The position numbers and the translations under genes are program-made. A DNA stretch of 63,929 nucleotides, filler included, from an uncultured bacterium (GTDB lineage: Bacteria > DAOPZR01), in the NCBI GenBank assembly GCA_964637655.1. It is 5 parts of 5 records of this genome, joined end to end, with 100 filler letters (N's around TTAATTAATTAA, not from the genome) between each part and the next. Parts side by side here need not be neighbours in the genome. Positions count along the whole stretch, not along the records: positions 55,405 to 63,929 come from CAZWUZ010000173.1; 4 more parts are not named here. The stretch is one strand, 5' to 3'. The notes under the pieces are model-generated. The model saw only the letters and a list, made by a program, of their open reading frames with translations. It made no database searches and was not told the DNA's origin. This document shows positions 61,493-63,929 of the stretch, in pieces (position 1 is the first letter of the stretch; each line of letters starts with the position of its first letter).

Positions 61493-63386
61493 GACCGCCC
61501 CGAAGCAGGCCGCGGCGAAAAAAACCGACGACGGAGCGCGGCTGCGCCGCGAGGTTATCACCCGCCCGGCGCTGTTTGTCGGTACGGGTACCTGCGGACT
61601 GGGGGCCGGCGCCGGCGACACGCTCGCCGCGGTGAAGGCCTACCTCGCCGGCAACAGTATCGACGCCGAGGTGGTCGAGGTCGGCTGCATCGGTTATTGC
61701 GCCGCGGAGCCGATGCTCGACGTGCAGCTCCCCGGGCGCACCCGCCTCTCCTACGGTGGCGTCACCGCGGGCAAGGTGGCCGCACTGCTCGACGCCTGCG
61801 GCGCGGGCACGCCGCCCGCCGACGGGCTGATCGGCCAGTTTCGCGTCGCCGGGCAGCAGGCGTGGGACGGCCTGCCCTTCCTCGATGAACATCATTTCTT
61901 CGCGCCGCAGACGCGCTGGGTGCTGGCCAACTGCGGAGTGATCAACCCCGAATCGCTCGACGAGTACCTCGCGCACGGCGGGTATGTCGCGCTCAAGCAG
62001 GTGCTGGGGAAGACCGCCCCGGCCGACCTCTGCGCGCTCGTCGCGCAGAGCGGGCTGCGCGGGCGCGGCGGCGGCGGCTTCCTCACCGGGAAGAAGTGGC
62101 AGTTCGCGCAGCGCATCGCCGCCGACAAGAAATACCTCATCTGCAACGCCGACGAGGGTGACCCGGGTGCCTTCATGGACCGCGCGGTCATCGAGGGCGA
62201 TCCCTACCGCCTCATCGAGGGGATGACCATCGCCGCCTACGCTATCGGCGCCGAGCGCGCCTACATCTATATCCGCGCCGAGTACCCGCTCGCCATCGCC
62301 CGCCTGCGCACGGCGCTGGCGGAGGCGGAAAAGCGCCACCTGCTCGGGGAGAACATCCTCGGGCGCGGGGTCAACCTTAAGCTCACCATCAAGCAGGGGG
62401 CGGGCGCGTTCGTCTGCGGCGAGGAGACGGCGCTGATCAACAGCATCGAGGGGAAGCGCGGCATGCCGCGCCCGCGCCCCCCCTTCCCCGCCGTCGCCGG
62501 GCTTTTCGGCAAGCCGACGGTGATCAACAACGTCGAGACGCTGGCCAATGTCCCCGTCGTCGTGCAGAAGGGGGCGGACGGCTTCGCCGCGCTCGGCACG
62601 CAGACGAGCAAGGGGACCAAGGTCTTTGCCCTCTCCGGCAAGGTGGCGCGCACCGGCCTGGTCGAGGTGGCGATGGGAACGAAACTGCGCGACATCATCT
62701 TCGCGGTCGGCGGCGGCATCCCGCACGGCAAAAAGTTCAAGGCGGTGCAGATCGGCGGCCCGTCGGGCGGCTGCATCCCCGAATCGCACCTCGATATCGT
62801 CATCGACTACGAGTCGCTCAAGACGGTCGGGGCGATGATGGGCTCGGGCGGCCTCGTTGTCATGGACGAGGACAACTGCATGGTCGATGTGGCCAAGTAC
62901 TTCATGGAGTTCATCACCCGCGAGTCGTGCGGCAAGTGCATCCCCTGCCGCGAAGGGACGCGCCGCCTGCTCGAAATCCTCGAGCGCATCACCCACGGGC
63001 GCAAGGGGGAGTCGGGGCAGCAGTCGCTCGAGCGCTTCCAGGGGGTCATGTACCTCGACCGCCTCGCCGGGGTCATCCGCGATTCCTCGCTCTGCGGGCT
63101 GGGGCAGACGGCGCCCAACCCCATCCTCTCGACGCTGCGCTGGTTCCGCGCCGAGTACGAGGCGCATATCTACGAGCGGCGCTGCCCGGCCGGGGTGTGC
63201 AAGGAACTGCTGACCTTCAGCATTGTCACGGATCAGTGCCGCGGCTGCACGCTCTGCGCCCGCAAGTGCCCGACGCAGGCGATCATGGGTTCGCCCAAGG
63301 CGCCCCATTACATCATCCCCGACAAGTGCATCAAGTGCGGGGCCTGCCGCGATGCCTGCCCGTTCGGCGCCGTCACGGTCGGGTGA
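61476..63386 (+). CDS. NuoF/HydB(HndC)-like NADH/FMN subunit with extra Fe-S domains
   Basis: N-terminal thioredoxin-like Cys domain; SGLRGRGGGGF, CNADEGDPGAFMDR, GEETAL, GGPSGG, ESCGKCIPCREG, C-terminal 2x[4Fe-4S]. Confidence 0.95.
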   Translation: MPAKTKTAPKQAAAKKTDDGARLRREVITRPALFVGTGTCGLGAGAGDTLAAVKAYLAGNSIDAEVVEVGCIGYCAAEPMLDVQLPGRTRLSYGGVTAGKVAALLDACGAGTPPADGLIGQFRVAGQQAWDGLPFLDEHHFFAPQTRWVLANCGVINPESLDEYLAHGGYVALKQVLGKTAPADLCALVAQSGLRGRGGGGFLTGKKWQFAQRIAADKKYLICNADEGDPGAFMDRAVIEGDPYRLIEGMTIAAYAIGAERAYIYIRAEYPLAIARLRTALAEAEKRHLLGENILGRGVNLKLTIKQGAGAFVCGEETALINSIEGKRGMPRPRPPFPAVAGLFGKPTVINNVETLANVPVVVQKGADGFAALGTQTSKGTKVFALSGKVARTGLVEVAMGTKLRDIIFAVGGGIPHGKKFKAVQIGGPSGGCIPESHLDIVIDYESLKTVGAMMGSGGLVVMDEDNCMVDVAKYFMEFITRESCGKCIPCREGTRRLLEILERITHGRKGESGQQSLERFQGVMYLDRLAGVIRDSSLCGLGQTAPNPILSTLRWFRAEYEAHIYERRCPAGVCKELLTFSIVTDQCRGCTLCARKCPTQAIMGSPKAPHYIIPDKCIKCGACRDACPFGAVTVG

Positions 63387-63396
63387 GGAGGAGACG

Positions 63397-63929
63397 ATGA
63401 TCACTATCGAAGTCAACGGCCGCGCCATTGACGCGCACGAGGGGGAAACCATCCTTGACGCGCTGAAACGCGAGAAGATCAAGGTGCCGACCCTCTGTCA
63501 CATGGAGGGGCTGACACCGTCAGGCGCCTGCCGCGTCTGCGTGGTCGAGGTGGCGGGGCAGGGCGCGCTCGTCCCCTCCTGCGCCTACCCGGTGAGCGCC
63601 GGGATGCAGGTGCAGACCCACTCGCCGCGCGCCGTGCGCGCGCGCAAGACCATTATCGAGCTGCTGCTCACCAACCATCCCGACGACTGCCTCTACTGCG
63701 TGCGCAACCTCAACTGCAAGCTGCAGGCGCTGGCCGAGGACCTCGGGGTGCGCCAGCGGCGCTACCTCGGGCAGAAGAGCCGCCACAAGCTCGACCTGAG
63801 CAACCCGTCGCTGATGCGCGATCCCGACAAGTGCATCCTCTGCGGCAAGTGCGTGCGCGTCTGCGAGGAGGTGCAGGGGGTGGCCGCCATCGACTTCGCC
63901 GGGCGCGGCTGCACCGCCTACGTCGCCAC
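63397..63929 (+). CDS. HydA/HndD-like ([FeFe]-hydrogenase large subunit) N-terminus, truncated
   Basis: Hand translation MITIEVNG...VPTLCH...GACRVCVVEV...HPDDCLYC.RN..C.LQ...RDPDKCILCGKCVRVC; H-cluster motifs would lie beyond the window. Confidence 0.75.
   Translation, partial: MITIEVNGRAIDAHEGETILDALKREKIKVPTLCHMEGLTPSGACRVCVVEVAGQGALVPSCAYPVSAGMQVQTHSPRAVRARKTIIELLLTNHPDDCLYCVRNLNCKLQALAEDLGVRQRRYLGQKSRHKLDLSNPSLMRDPDKCILCGKCVRVCEEVQGVAAIDFAGRGCTAYVA

Noticed and set aside
61007-63386. Respiratory complex I nuoEF
   Set aside because: Extra Fe-S domains, rex linkage and absence of other nuo genes fit a HydABC-type complex better

Overview
The window is five unrelated contigs (1-13800, 13901-27648, 27749-41495, 41596-55304, 55405-63929) joined by artificial 100-nt N/TTAATTAATTAA/N linkers. 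They come from a GC-rich, probably anaerobic bacterium, most likely a MAG. Contig 1 is a cell-surface glycan modification cluster: 2 B12-binding radical SAM genes, 2 YfhO-like (one frameshifted), 2 DUF2079-like, an SGNH hydrolase and an O-antigen-ligase/TPR protein. Contig 2 carries a translationally coupled operon (MinD-like ATPase, ECF S-component/HAMP sensor, 850-aa protein with a divergent S-adenosylhomocysteine-hydrolase-like domain), prfC and an AAA/DUF4143 gene. It also holds an integron cassette array: 9 attC sites of an atypical family and 8 cassettes, 3 of them PIN toxin-antitoxin pairs, running off the contig with no integrase in view. Contig 3 has ligA, two DnaQ-like exonucleases, dtd, trxB, glycosyltransferases, and two GspG-like paralogs with unrelated N-termini flanking a fourth TA pair. 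Contig 4 encodes two large paralogous secreted beta-helix/FN3 proteins ending in an HFS motif plus a dockerin-like tail. Contig 5 has glycan genes, rex and a probable electron-bifurcating [FeFe]-hydrogenase operon (truncated). The best candidates for new biology are the MinD/S-component-HAMP/SAHH-like operon and the atypical attC array. All family calls are from motif reading by eye; no searches were run.
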